From assembly GCA_012523755.1 (NCBI GenBank), contig JAAYTO010000102.1, positions 1 to 45,930 of the forward strand: a stretch of 45,930 bases of DNA. The letters run 5' to 3'. Under the pieces are notes generated by a model that worked only from the letters and a program-made list of their open reading frames with translations, did not search any database and was not told the origin of the DNA. This stretch comes from Clostridium sp. (GTDB lineage: Bacteria; Bacillota; Clostridia; Acetivibrionales; Acetivibrionaceae). The position numbers were made by a program, and so were the translations under genes. This document shows positions 1 through 9,628 of this stretch, in pieces (position 1 is the first letter of the stretch; the number at the start of each line of letters is the position of its first letter).

Positions 1-1
1 T

Positions 2-205
2 AGTACCTGGGCTGTATTTGAATCGATTGGACCATTTCCGGAAACACTTCAAAATGTGTGGGGTAGGATATACTCAGAGTGGTTTCCATCTTCAGGATAC
101 GAGGCGGTTGAAGGTCCTGAAATTTTATGGAATGAGAGTCCAGACACTGGAAATCCAAAGTATCGAAGCGAAATCTGGATTCCAGTCAAGAAAAAAGACT
201 ATTAA
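2..205 (+). CDS. C-terminal part of an AraC-family regulator with a GyrI-like effector-binding domain (5' end outside the window)
   Basis: Frame 2 reads [67 protein letters not shown], a typical GyrI-like C-terminus ending in EIWIPV. Not in the ORF track because the start codon is outside the window. Confidence 0.85.
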   Translation, partial: STWAVFESIGPFPETLQNVWGRIYSEWFPSSGYEAVEGPEILWNESPDTGNPKYRSEIWIPVKKKDY

Positions 206-226
206 TTACATTAATGTTTATTATTG

Positions 227-254
227 AGGGTGCTCCTATTAAGAGTGCCTTTTT
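227..254 (+). terminator. Rho-independent terminator
   Basis: Stem agggtgctc/gagtgcctt (with GU pairs) followed by a T-run, just after the stop at 205. Confidence 0.6.
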
Positions 255-259
255 CGTAA

Positions 260-403
260 ATGGTACGATTGGTGGATATGTTCCCGTCTACCGATAGTGC
301 CAAAAGTGCCTTTGACTTGTTTCCGACTACCGACAATGTAAAAGACATAAATTCACCCCGCTCGTTCCATGTGGAGAGCTGCGTATTGATAACAAGGGTA
401 TAA
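260..403 (+). pseudogene. Mosaic of rlmD/rumA 3'-end fragments (att-like integration scar)
   Basis: One frame reads MVRLVDMFPSTDSAKSAFDLFPTTDNVKDINSPRSFHVESCVLITRV*, which contains the RlmD C-terminal motifs VDMFPxT, DLFPxT and HVExxVL. Confidence 0.65.
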
Positions 404-842
404 ACCTTGATATTACTGGGGTTTGGAATCACATCCAAGTTGACTACTCGATTTAAAGTGTTAAAACGTGTTTATGGGAACATATCGACGGGGTATTTTT
501 GAGGCGAAATTTGAACTCAAAAACAGGAAGTGTTGCTCGGAAAATTAAGTTCCGCACTGCTCGGATTTATACTTGCCATAAACAATTTTCATAGTGTTAT
601 CAAGACAATGGAAAATGTAAATTATTAATTAATAGGAAGGTGTTAGAAAAAGGTTAGTGTAAAATAGGTAGACAAGTTGGAAATGTTATTTCAAATGCAA
701 CAGGCGTAACGGGGCTAACTTTTGAAACTATAACAGACTATTTGCTTTTGGTGATATATCAATTGAAACTATTCAAAGTAACTAAGACGGAAATGAAGCA
801 GGTGATCTCTCATAAGCCCCTTAATCACTTTAGACAATTTAG

Positions 843-1073
843 CCTAAAAATTGTATTAATCGGTATGCCATTGAGGATTATACTCCCGGGATTGAGTATA
901 ATGAAGATGGCTCTTTGGATATCTATATTCAAAATTGTCCGTCGGTAAACAGTAAATCTAATTGGCTTCCGGCACCGGATGGCGATTTCAATTTGGTATT
1001 AAGAATATATCAACCCTCTGCTGAAATATTAAACGGCACATATGAAGTGCCGGGAGTAAGACGGGTCACCTGA
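843..1073 (+). pseudogene. 5'-truncated DUF1214-domain gene fragment
   Basis: Reads ...NRYAIEDYTPGIEYNEDGSLDIYIQ...SNWLPAPDGDFNLVLRIYQPSAEILNGTYEVPGVRRVT*. DGSLDIYIQ, NWLPAP and LRxYxP are DUF1214 motifs. In-frame TAG at 840-842 and no plausible start. Confidence 0.75.
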
Positions 1074-1100
1074 TAACCTTATATTTATTGGAGTAATTTC

Positions 1101-1140
1101 GGGCACCCTGCGGAATAATCCGTAGAGTGCCTTTTAATTT
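1101..1140 (+). terminator. Rho-independent terminator
   Basis: gggcaccctgcgga-ataa-tccgtagagtgcct followed by a T-rich tail. Confidence 0.75.
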
Positions 1141-1280
1141 TTCTTTATTCTTTCGCATCCACCGTTATAAATATAAATTTTTTATAAATTAATTGAAGAA
1201 ATATTTCACAACCTTAGCAAAAATGTTAATATTAAAATATTGGTTTATTGTTTATAATTCCAGTTAAAAGGGGTAGAAGT

Positions 1281-2003
1281 ATGCTGAACATAAAGAATGT
1301 ATCAAAGAGCTACAACAAGGGTGCCGTTAAAGCAGTAGACAGCTTAAACCTTCACGTCAGAAACGGCGAGATTTTTGGTTTTTTAGGACCGAACGGGGCA
1401 GGGAAGACCACAACTATAAAAATGATTGTCGGACTTTTGAATCAGGACAGCGGCAGTATAACCATTAGAGGCTTTGACAACCAAAAGCAGAGTTTAGAGG
1501 CTAAAAAAAGGATAGGTTATGTTCCCGATAATCCGGATATTTATGACAAGTTAACGGGATTGGAGTATCTAAACTTTATGGCGGATGTGTATGAAGTACC
1601 TTTGAAGGAAAGAAAGGATAGGATTGCTCATTTTTTGGACATGTTTGGCTTAAAGGAGGCAGCAACAGATATTATCAAAAGCTATTCCCACGGCATGAAA
1701 CAGAAGATAGTTCTTACGGGAGCTCTTATACATGACCCGGAGCTTTGGATTTTGGATGAACCCCTTGTGGGGCTTGACCCAAAGTCTGCACATATATTAA
1801 AAGACCTCATGAGAAAGCATTGCGATAAGGGCAATTCAGTGTTCTTTTCAACCCATGTTCTGGAGGTGGCGGAAAGGCTTTGTGACCGGATTGGAATAAT
1901 CAACAGGGGCAAGCTTATAGCTATAGGCACCGTAGATGAGCTGAAAAAGGGTGAAAATGCTGATACCCTAGAGAATATATTTTTGGAGTTGACCGAAAAA
2001 TGA
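1281..2003 (+). CDS. ABC transporter ATP-binding protein (ABC-2 type)
   Basis: Walker A GPNGAGKT, signature YSHGM, Walker B WILDEP. ATG at 1281 follows an aggggt RBS; the track start at 1248 is probably too long. Confidence 0.92.
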   Translation: MLNIKNVSKSYNKGAVKAVDSLNLHVRNGEIFGFLGPNGAGKTTTIKMIVGLLNQDSGSITIRGFDNQKQSLEAKKRIGYVPDNPDIYDKLTGLEYLNFMADVYEVPLKERKDRIAHFLDMFGLKEAATDIIKSYSHGMKQKIVLTGALIHDPELWILDEPLVGLDPKSAHILKDLMRKHCDKGNSVFFSTHVLEVAERLCDRIGIINRGKLIAIGTVDELKKGENADTLENIFLELTEK

Positions 2004-3679
2004 AAATGCTTTTAAGATTAATAAGAACAGATCTCAGAGTTGCCCTGGGTATATCGGTTATGAAGTATCGGTTTACAAAAGAGAGGAATAAACTGTGGGA
2101 GCCTATACTCACATTATTAGGAGCAGTAATAGGCATAGGAAGTATGCTGGTTCTCTTTTCTATTTTTGCGATATCCTCCTTTTACATATTCAAAAAAAGC
2201 GGACAGTCTGTTGAAGCTATACTGGCAGTATCCTTTTTGGCATCGCAGTTTTTCCTGTTGTTTTTTGGAGTATTTCATATTTTGTCATCCTTTTATTTTT
2301 CAAAGGACATGGATTTTCTGATTTCATTGCCGGTAAAGCCGTATCAGATCATGGGAAGCAAGTTTATAACAATTATTGTTAATGAGTATATTATGTCGAT
2401 TCCCATGGTATTACCCGCAGTTGTTGTGTATGGTATCGGTATGGGGGAGGGAATTATATACTGGTTGAAGGCACTTATAAGCATATTGCTTGTGCCGGTA
2501 ATACCTCTGGCAATATCCTCCTTGATTGTAATAGTTCTCATGAGGTTTGTTAATATTAAGAAAACCAAGGATGTAATAGTGGTAGTAGCCAGTTTTCTGT
2601 CCTTGGCAATAGGAATGGGCGTAAACTTCTATGTACAGAGGATGATAAATGGTGGTATGGATGAGTATCTCGACATGAGCCAAATACAAAACTGGGTTAT
2701 TGAATCTGTAGGATCAAGGTTTCCCCCCAGTCTTTGGATTACTTACGGTCTCTCGAAACCGGGCATGGAAGGATGGGGGTACTTTTTACTCTTTGTGCTG
2801 GTTTCCGTTGTATTGTTTGCGTTGCTGCTATGGGTAGGCAACAGGGTGTTTTACAAGGGGATCGTATCGGGAAATGAAAGATCCGGCAGAAAAAGACACG
2901 CTTCTTTTGAGACGGCAAGGGATAGGTATATTAAAGTATCAAGTCCATTGACGGCTCTTTTCTGGAAAGAGTGGAAGCTCCTTTTAAGGACTCCTGTGTT
3001 TATGATAAATGGTTTGGCAGGTGTGGTAGTTATGCCTGTGATGACTTTAATTTCAATTCTTGGTCAGAATCAAGAGTCCATAGGAAAATTCATAGAAGTT
3101 GCTCAGCAGCCTCAAAACGATATATATGTGTTCCTAGTGGGCTTTGGATTAATGGTTCTTGCTTCAAGTCTCAATATTGTATCGTCAACAGCTGTTTCAA
3201 GAGAAGGACATAGCATCTGGATATCCAAAATGATCCCTGTTTCGCCCCGGATGCAGATAATTTCGAAGCTTATGCACGGAATGTCTATATCAATGATGGG
3301 AAGCCTTGTTATTGGGGCGTTCATGGTTGCCTTTATAAGGATTTCCGTACTGGAGCTTTTATTCCTTATTTTTCTGTCATCTTTGGGTTCAATGACAATT
3401 ATAATTCTTGATTTAATTATTGACATATTCAGACCGAAACTAGATTGGACAAATCCTCACGAGGCTATAAAAACCAATCTCAACGGACTTTTTGGCATTA
3501 TAGTTTCAATGGGCTTTATGTTGGTTTTGACTATTTTTGTATCAGCCATGATTTTACTCCAGTTGCCGCAAACGGTGATTTTTTTAGGAATATTCATTTT
3601 TGAGGCTGTAATGCTGATAATCAGTGCCATTGTTTTATTTAAACCGGCAGAGAAAAGATATAGAAATATCGAAGCGTAG
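2000..3679 (+). CDS. ABC-2 type transporter permease (multi-pass membrane protein)
   Basis: Many hydrophobic segments, motifs SKDMDFLISLP and SREG, ATGA overlap with the ATPase gene. Confidence 0.85.
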   Translation: MKMLLRLIRTDLRVALGISVMKYRFTKERNKLWEPILTLLGAVIGIGSMLVLFSIFAISSFYIFKKSGQSVEAILAVSFLASQFFLLFFGVFHILSSFYFSKDMDFLISLPVKPYQIMGSKFITIIVNEYIMSIPMVLPAVVVYGIGMGEGIIYWLKALISILLVPVIPLAISSLIVIVLMRFVNIKKTKDVIVVVASFLSLAIGMGVNFYVQRMINGGMDEYLDMSQIQNWVIESVGSRFPPSLWITYGLSKPGMEGWGYFLLFVLVSVVLFALLLWVGNRVFYKGIVSGNERSGRKRHASFETARDRYIKVSSPLTALFWKEWKLLLRTPVFMINGLAGVVVMPVMTLISILGQNQESIGKFIEVAQQPQNDIYVFLVGFGLMVLASSLNIVSSTAVSREGHSIWISKMIPVSPRMQIISKLMHGMSISMMGSLVIGAFMVAFIRISVLELLFLIFLSSLGSMTIIILDLIIDIFRPKLDWTNPHEAIKTNLNGLFGIIVSMGFMLVLTIFVSAMILLQLPQTVIFLGIFIFEAVMLIISAIVLFKPAEKRYRNIEA

Positions 3680-3805
3680 AAGGCGAGGCTTGATATAAGC
3701 ATTGCCGCACATCTGAAATTGTGCACTTGGGTTAGGTAGGGTTTAGGATTTACTTTTTATAAGTTTTTCTAGAATGCATGGCTTAGTAGGATGGAGGTGA
3801 GTCAG

Positions 3806-4480
3806 TTGAACAGAAAAATTAACAAAGAGTTGATAAAAATATATAACCTGATGTATGAAAGAAAGGGCTCAATGAATTGGTGGCCGGCGGATACGGAGTT
3901 TGAGGTTATAGTGGGTGCGATACTGACCCAGTTTGTTTCATGGAAAAATGTCTGTACTGCAATTGAGAATCTTATAGAAGAGGATTTGCTCAGTATTGAG
4001 GGAATTTGCAGCGTGGATACTGAAAAGCTGGAAGGGCTGATCCGATCCACAAGGTTTTACAAGCAGAAGGCCAGGAAGCTGAAGGAGTTTTGCCTGCATA
4101 TAAAAAACAATTACGGGGGTAGTCTGGACAGATTTTTTGCAAAGGATATGTATGAACTCAGAAAAGAACTGCTCTCTTTATACGGAATCGGCGAAGAGAC
4201 CGCCGATTCAATAATATTATACGCTGCCAGAAAGCCTATTTTTGTTGTGGATGCATATACAAGAAGGGTGTTCGGAAGGCTTGGTTACTTCAAACAAGAC
4301 ATTACCTACAGGGAAATGCAAAGCTTTTTTATGAATAATCTAGAACATGATGTGGATTTTTTCAATGATTTTCATGCACAGATAGATGGTGTTGGGAGCA
4401 ATTTCTGCTCAGGAAAGAATCCGGACTGTAATAAATGTCCCCTTGAAAGTGTTTGCAAAAAAAACGGTTTAGAAAATTAA
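3806..4480 (+). CDS. HhH-GPD family DNA glycosylase / endonuclease III-related protein
   Basis: HhH motif LLSLYGIGEETADSI, VVDAYTRR, C-terminal Fe-S loop CSGKNPDCNKCPLESVC. TTG at 3806 follows a ggaggtg RBS. Confidence 0.9.
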   Translation: MNRKINKELIKIYNLMYERKGSMNWWPADTEFEVIVGAILTQFVSWKNVCTAIENLIEEDLLSIEGICSVDTEKLEGLIRSTRFYKQKARKLKEFCLHIKNNYGGSLDRFFAKDMYELRKELLSLYGIGEETADSIILYAARKPIFVVDAYTRRVFGRLGYFKQDITYREMQSFFMNNLEHDVDFFNDFHAQIDGVGSNFCSGKNPDCNKCPLESVCKKNGLEN

Positions 4481-4517
4481 AAAGGAGAGAGTAATATAAA
4501 AATTACTTCTCTCCTTA
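4481..4517. terminator. Bidirectional terminator between convergent genes
   Basis: Imperfect inverted repeat aaggagagagtaat ... attacttctctcctt. Confidence 0.65.
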
Positions 4518-4548
4518 TAACTCTTTTATTATGAACAATCATTCAACT

Positions 4549-5721
4549 CTATATTCTTGCCACTCCGGTTTTTCTTGCTGCCTCGGCGACTTCTTTTGCC
4601 ACTGTGGTACCAACCCTTGGGTCAAAAGGTTCGGGCAGGATAAACTCCGGACAGAGTTCATTGTCGCTTACGAGGGAAGCGATTGCTTTAGCAGCAGCTA
4701 TTTTCATTTCGTCGTTGATGTCCTTTGCCCGTACATCTAAAGCACCTCTGAATATACCAGGGAAAGCAAGAACATTATTTATCTGATTCGGGAAATCGGA
4801 TCTTCCGGTGCCAACTACTTTTGCACCTGCCGCGATAGCTTCATCAGGCATAATTTCCGGTGTCGGATTTGCCATTGCAAATATTATTGGATCCTTTGCC
4901 ATGGTTTTGACCATATCTTGGGTAACCGTTCCCGGAGCTGAGAGACCGAGGAACACATCGGCACCTTTTAAGACCTCGGCAAGAGTGCCTTTCTTTTTCT
5001 CAAGGTTTGATATTTTAGCCATAAGAGCTTTTTCTTCATTGAGGTTATCTCGTCCTTCATATATGGCACCTTTTCTGTCACAGAGGATTACCTTCTTTAA
5101 GCCCATGCTCATAAGAAGCCTTGTAACCGCTATACCGGCAGCACCGGAACCGTTTACAACAACCTCAATGTCATTGATGTCTTTGTTTACGATTTTCAGA
5201 GCATTTATCATTGCCGCAACGGATACTACGGCTGTGCCGTGCTGGTCATCGTGGAAAACTGGAATATCACATACTTCCTTAAGCTTTCTTTCAATCTCAA
5301 AACACCTTGGAGCGGATATGTCTTCTAAATTAATTCCTCCAAAACTTCCCGAGATAAGCTTTATAGTTTTTACTATTTCGTCCGTATCTTTTGACTTTAT
5401 GCATAATGGGAAAGCATCCACATCACCAAACTGTTTAAAGAGTACGCATTTACCTTCCATTACAGGCATACCTGCTTCAGGACCTATGTCTCCAAGACCA
5501 AGAACAGCTGAACCGTCAGTTATCACAGCTACTAGGTTCCAACGTCTTGTATAGGCATATGAAAGGTTTACATCTTTTTGAATGGCTAAACAAGGTTCTG
5601 CTACTCCAGGGGTGTAGGCAAGGGAGAGATCCTCCTTGCTTTTAGCAGGAACCTTGCTAATTACTTCTATTTTTCCCTTCCATTCTCCATGCAGTTTTAA
5701 AGATTCTTTTCTATAGTCCAT
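4549..5721 (-). CDS. malE: Malic enzyme (NAD(P)-dependent), malate shunt
   Basis: Motifs AYTPGVA, PVMEGK, INLEDI, FHDDQHGTA, GRSDFPNQINN. ATG at 5721 with a ggagg RBS gives 390 aa. Confidence 0.93.
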   Translation of the reverse strand: MDYRKESLKLHGEWKGKIEVISKVPAKSKEDLSLAYTPGVAEPCLAIQKDVNLSYAYTRRWNLVAVITDGSAVLGLGDIGPEAGMPVMEGKCVLFKQFGDVDAFPLCIKSKDTDEIVKTIKLISGSFGGINLEDISAPRCFEIERKLKEVCDIPVFHDDQHGTAVVSVAAMINALKIVNKDINDIEVVVNGSGAAGIAVTRLLMSMGLKKVILCDRKGAIYEGRDNLNEEKALMAKISNLEKKKGTLAEVLKGADVFLGLSAPGTVTQDMVKTMAKDPIIFAMANPTPEIMPDEAIAAGAKVVGTGRSDFPNQINNVLAFPGIFRGALDVRAKDINDEMKIAAAKAIASLVSDNELCPEFILPEPFDPRVGTTVAKEVAEAARKTGVARI

Positions 5722-5817
5722 TTTATTAACCTCCAATATATAAATTTATCTATATAGTTTATGGCTTAAGAACGTTATTTAAGTCATTATTCCACAAACT
5801 TAGTTTCCAAACTCTGA

Positions 5818-6768
5818 TTATATATCTTTTACTTCATTTAATACAGCCTTAACATGCTCAACAGAGTCCATTAAAGCCGATTCTTCTTCTGAAGTCAGAT
5901 TCAATTCAAGAACTTCTTGAACTCCCTCGGAATTTATTATGGATGGAAGACTAATGGCAACGTCATTAATTCCATATGGACCATCTATTACACTTCCGAT
6001 GGTTCTTATAGTGTTCTGGCTTTTAAGAAGTGTTTCGATGATTGTTTCTACTGTAACTGCTATTGCATAGTAGGTTGCACCCTTGTTTTTAATAATGGTA
6101 GCACCGGCTTTTTTAACTTCTTCAGCAATTATTGCTTTATCCGCTTCAACAAATTTACTTTCGGGGGATTCGCAATACTCATTGATGCCTTTACCGGCTA
6201 TATGGGTAGCACTCCATAAAGGAAGCTGTGTTTCACCGTGTTCTCCTATAATATAACCATGAACGTTTTTAACATCTACGTTTAGTTTTTCACTTAACAG
6301 ATAACGAAATCTGATGCTGTCAAGTACGGTACCGGTTCCTATAACTTTCCCATTTGGAAGGCCTGTCCACTTTTGAACCATATATGTAAGTATATCAACG
6401 GGATTTGAAACTACAAGGATTACTCCATGATTGTAGTACTTTACTATTTCAGAGGTTATGCTTTTGGCTATTGAAACATTCTTTTTAGCCAGATCTAAGC
6501 GGGTTTCTCCCGGTTTTCTGTTTACACCTGCTGTTATTATAATAACGTCGCAGTCTTTTAAGTCAAAATAATCACCGGCGTAGACCGACATTTGCCCCAT
6601 GAACGAAAGTCCGTGGTTAATATCCATGGCCTCGCCTATGGCTTTTTTTTTATCAACATCAATTAAAACTATTTCATTTACAGTTTGCTGTAAAGTCATT
6701 GCAAAAGCTATGGAAGCCCCTACAAAACCAGAACCTATTATTGCAACTTTAGATTTACTTTTTAACAT
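5818..6768 (-). CDS. mdh: Malate dehydrogenase (LDH-like fold)
   Basis: GxGxVG Rossmann motif and GEHG catalytic His. The specificity loop AGVNRKPGETRLDL has Arg (MDH type) where LDH has Gln. Adjacent to malE. Confidence 0.85.
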   Translation of the reverse strand: MLKSKSKVAIIGSGFVGASIAFAMTLQQTVNEIVLIDVDKKKAIGEAMDINHGLSFMGQMSVYAGDYFDLKDCDVIIITAGVNRKPGETRLDLAKKNVSIAKSITSEIVKYYNHGVILVVSNPVDILTYMVQKWTGLPNGKVIGTGTVLDSIRFRYLLSEKLNVDVKNVHGYIIGEHGETQLPLWSATHIAGKGINEYCESPESKFVEADKAIIAEEVKKAGATIIKNKGATYYAIAVTVETIIETLLKSQNTIRTIGSVIDGPYGINDVAISLPSIINSEGVQEVLELNLTSEEESALMDSVEHVKAVLNEVKDI

Positions 6769-6908
6769 TTTTTACATTCATTCCTTTCTAAAACTTAAAA
6801 AAGCAATTATATAAATTTAATACTTTTGAAATCTAATTTAGTTTATAAAAATTTTGCTATTAAGCTTACTAAAAAGCTCACAGCTACTCAACCGGCAAAT
6901 TGTGCACA

Positions 6909-6926
6909 TTGATAATATTTTAACAT
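6909..6926. promoter_or_regulatory. Rex-like operator upstream of mdh-malE
   Basis: TTGATAA-TATT-TTAACAT, two mismatches to TTGTTAA-N4-TTAACAA. Confidence 0.4.
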
Positions 6927-7101
6927 CAATATATACATTCCTCCAAAAGCTAAAAAACGACAGGTATCGCTGTTTTACGAGAAATATGAAGATTATTTAA
7001 ATATTATTGCTATTTGCTCTGTGTGAAACAATATTTCTAAGTATTTCTTAGTAAATACATGAGATTTTTTGCTGCCTGAAAAAATGCATTGATTTTTACA
7101 A

Positions 7102-7131
7102 AACTTAAGTTTCTGATATTTTTCTTCACCT
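7102..7131 (+). repeat. Repeat family A, partial copy (3' of pflB)
   Basis: aacttaagtttctgatatttttcttcacct matches the right half of the copies at 24156 and 40666. Confidence 0.7.
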
Positions 7132-7204
7132 CTATTCATTATATTGATATAAATATACCGAGCCGTATATAGTTTTTTTCTTCAAATACCCCATGGATGA
7201 TGTT

Positions 7205-9439
7205 CTACATAGTATTGTGGAAGGTCCTTGAAATGACCTCTAGTTGCTGTTCACGAGTAAGCCTTATAAAGTTAACTGCGTAGCCGGAAACTCTTATGGT
7301 AAGCTGTGGGTAAGCATCGGGGTTATCCATGGCCTTTTTTAATATTTCTTTTTCAAGTACGTTAATGTTAATGTGGTGTCCGCCTTGGACGAAATAACCG
7401 TCCAACAGGGCTGCAAGATTACTAAGCCTTGAATCGATGTCTTTGCCTAGGGAGCCGGGAACCAGGGATAAGGTTAGGGAAATTCCATCCTTGCAGTATT
7501 TATAAGGAATCTTTGAAACCGAATTTAATACAGCCAGAACTCCTTTTTTATCTCTTCCATGCATGGGGTTGCATCCGGGGGCAAAGGGTTCTCCGATTTT
7601 TCTGCCGTCGGGAGTTGAGCCTGTTTTTTTGCCGTATACCACATTTGAGGTTATGGTCAAAATTGAGAGGGTATGGGTGGCATTCCTATAGGTATTGCAT
7701 TGTTTTAATTCGTTGTAAAAGTCCTTAACAATTTCAACGGCAATGCTGTCAACCCTGTCGTCGGCATTACCAAATTGGGGGTATTTACCCTCGATTTCAA
7801 AGTCGTTTATAAGGCCTCTTTGATCCCTTATTGCCTTGACTCGAGCGTGTTTGATGGCACTTAACGAATCGGCGAGGACTGAAAGACCAGCGATGCCAAA
7901 AGCCATGTTTCTTTTGACATTGGTATCGTGAAGAGCCATCATAAGCCTTTCATAAGCATATTTATCATGCATGTAGTGTATGACATTCATTGTTTTTACA
8001 TAAAGCCTTGCAAGCCATTTTTGAAGGTTTTTAAATAGAAGCATCACTTTGTCGTAGTCAAGATATTCATCTTTGTAGGGCTCAAATTCTGGGGCAACCT
8101 GGGCACCGGTTATTTCATCCTTCCCACCGTTTAATGCCAAAAGTAAAAGCTTTGGAAGATTGCATCTTGCCCCAAAAAACTGCATTTCTTTTCCAGTACG
8201 CATAGCGGAAACACAGCAAGATATGCTGTAGTCATCGCTAAACATCGGCATCATAAGGTCATCGTTTTCATATTGTATGGCACTTGTAGCCATGGATACC
8301 TTGGCACAAAACCTTTTAAAGGGCAGAGGGAGTCTTGCGGACCATAATATTGTAATATTTGGTTCCGGAGCCGCACCAAGGTTAAAAAGGGCTTGGAGAA
8401 AACGGAAGGAGGTTTTCGTCACCATATGCCTGCCGTCTTCGCACATTCCTGCGATGGACTCGGTTATCCAGACGGGGTCCCCGGCAAAAAGTTCGTTGTA
8501 ATCAGGAGTCCTAAGGTGTCTTATGAGCCTTAGCTTTATCACAAACTGGTCAATCAATTCCTGGGCATCGGACTCAGTAATTTTGCCTTCTTGAAAGTCC
8601 CTTTCTATATATATGTCAAAGAAGGTACTAACCCTTCCAAGGGAGTTGGCTGCACCATTGTTTTCCTTCATTGCCCCCAAAAACGCAAAATATGTCCACT
8701 GTATGGCTTCAAAGGAGTCTTCGGCGGGTCGTGTGATATCGTATCCATAGTTTTTAGCCATTGAAACCAGTTCCTGCAGTGCATTTATTTGTTCAAATAC
8801 TTCTTGACGCAGGCGTATGGTTTCTTCGGACATATCCCTATCCTCCAGCTGGGTCAAATCCTCTTTTTTACCTTCAATGAGCCGGTTGACACCGTAAAGA
8901 GCGACACGCCTATAGTCCCCGATAATTCTGCCCCGTCCGTAGGCATCGGGAAGACCGGTTACAACTCCGCATTTCCTTGCCCTTCTCATTTCTGGGGTAT
9001 AACAGCTGTAGACACCGTCATTGTGTGTTCGACAAAATTTTGTAAAAACTTTGTCGATTTCGGATGATATACTGCGGTTATACCGCTCACAAGCCTGCTT
9101 GGCCATTCTTATGCCGCCAAAGGGGTTGACTGCCCTTTTTAAGGGACTGTCGGTTTGCAATCCCTTTATTACTTCGCAATCCTTATCAATATAACCCGGC
9201 GGATAAGCTGTAATTCCGGAAACGGTGTTTGTATCAATGTCCAATACCCCGGACTTTAAATACTCTTCTCTTAAAAGTTCTTTGCACTTGTCCCATAGCT
9301 TTTTTGTTCTGATACTCGGCTGAACCAGAAAGTCTTCGCTGCCGTCGTAGGGCGTATAATTTTTTACAATGAAAGCCCGCACATCTATATATTTTTGCCA
9401 TGCTCCGGGCTTGAAATTTCTCCATGCATTTTCAAACAT
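7205..9439 (-). CDS. pflB: Pyruvate formate-lyase (formate C-acetyltransferase)
   Basis: Active-site Cys-Cys (SISCCVSAM), glycyl-radical motif [24 protein letters not shown]; 744 aa. Confidence 0.95.
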   Translation of the reverse strand: MFENAWRNFKPGAWQKYIDVRAFIVKNYTPYDGSEDFLVQPSIRTKKLWDKCKELLREEYLKSGVLDIDTNTVSGITAYPPGYIDKDCEVIKGLQTDSPLKRAVNPFGGIRMAKQACERYNRSISSEIDKVFTKFCRTHNDGVYSCYTPEMRRARKCGVVTGLPDAYGRGRIIGDYRRVALYGVNRLIEGKKEDLTQLEDRDMSEETIRLRQEVFEQINALQELVSMAKNYGYDITRPAEDSFEAIQWTYFAFLGAMKENNGAANSLGRVSTFFDIYIERDFQEGKITESDAQELIDQFVIKLRLIRHLRTPDYNELFAGDPVWITESIAGMCEDGRHMVTKTSFRFLQALFNLGAAPEPNITILWSARLPLPFKRFCAKVSMATSAIQYENDDLMMPMFSDDYSISCCVSAMRTGKEMQFFGARCNLPKLLLLALNGGKDEITGAQVAPEFEPYKDEYLDYDKVMLLFKNLQKWLARLYVKTMNVIHYMHDKYAYERLMMALHDTNVKRNMAFGIAGLSVLADSLSAIKHARVKAIRDQRGLINDFEIEGKYPQFGNADDRVDSIAVEIVKDFYNELKQCNTYRNATHTLSILTITSNVVYGKKTGSTPDGRKIGEPFAPGCNPMHGRDKKGVLAVLNSVSKIPYKYCKDGISLTLSLVPGSLGKDIDSRLSNLAALLDGYFVQGGHHININVLEKEILKKAMDNPDAYPQLTIRVSGYAVNFIRLTREQQLEVISRTFHNTM

Positions 9440-9507
9440 TTTTATTCCCCCTTAAAGCTTGAAAGCTTTAAATTCAATACAAGGCTAATTAAAGTTTTCA
9501 TAGATAT

Positions 9508-9542
9508 AAAAAACCGCCTGAGTATTATTTTTACCCAGGCGG
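9508..9542 (-). terminator. Riboswitch-controlled intrinsic terminator
   Basis: Minus strand ccgcctgggta-aaaataa-tactcaggcgg-tttttt; its 5' arm overlaps P3 of the ZTP aptamer. Confidence 0.85.
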
Positions 9543-9603
9543 TCGGCTATCTATTAAATCATACTCCCTGTGGTAATCTCCACTTCCGCCAGTTGTATGA
9601 TTT
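9533..9603 (-). ncRNA. ZMP/ZTP riboswitch (pfl RNA motif)
   Basis: Minus strand AAATCATAC-AACTGGCGGAA-GTGG-agatta-CCAC-AGGGA-GTATGATTT ... AGCCGACCGCCTGGGT: P1, conserved ACUGGCG, P2, GGG and the P3 CGCCUGGG pseudoknot partner. Directly upstream of pflB. Confidence 0.92.
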
Positions 9604-9628
9604 CTCTTGTTTTTAGATTATAGGCAAA

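Noticed and set aside
18-227. ORF-track 69-aa ORF
   Set aside because: Out-of-frame overlap; frame 2 (2-205) carries the recognisable GyrI-like domain.
742-948. ORF-track 68-aa ORF
   Set aside because: No RBS or motif; overlaps the DUF1214 remnant in another frame.
3729-3747. Telomere-like or G-quadruplex-like gggttaggtagggtttagg
   Set aside because: Short, single occurrence, two-tier potential at most; compatible with chance.
4808-5554. 248-aa antisense ORF inside malE, and the other antisense ORFs within long genes
   Set aside because: Shadow ORFs on the opposite strand of conserved genes; no RBS or motifs.
5818-6768. Lactate dehydrogenase call
   Set aside because: Arg in the specificity loop and adjacency to malE indicate MDH.
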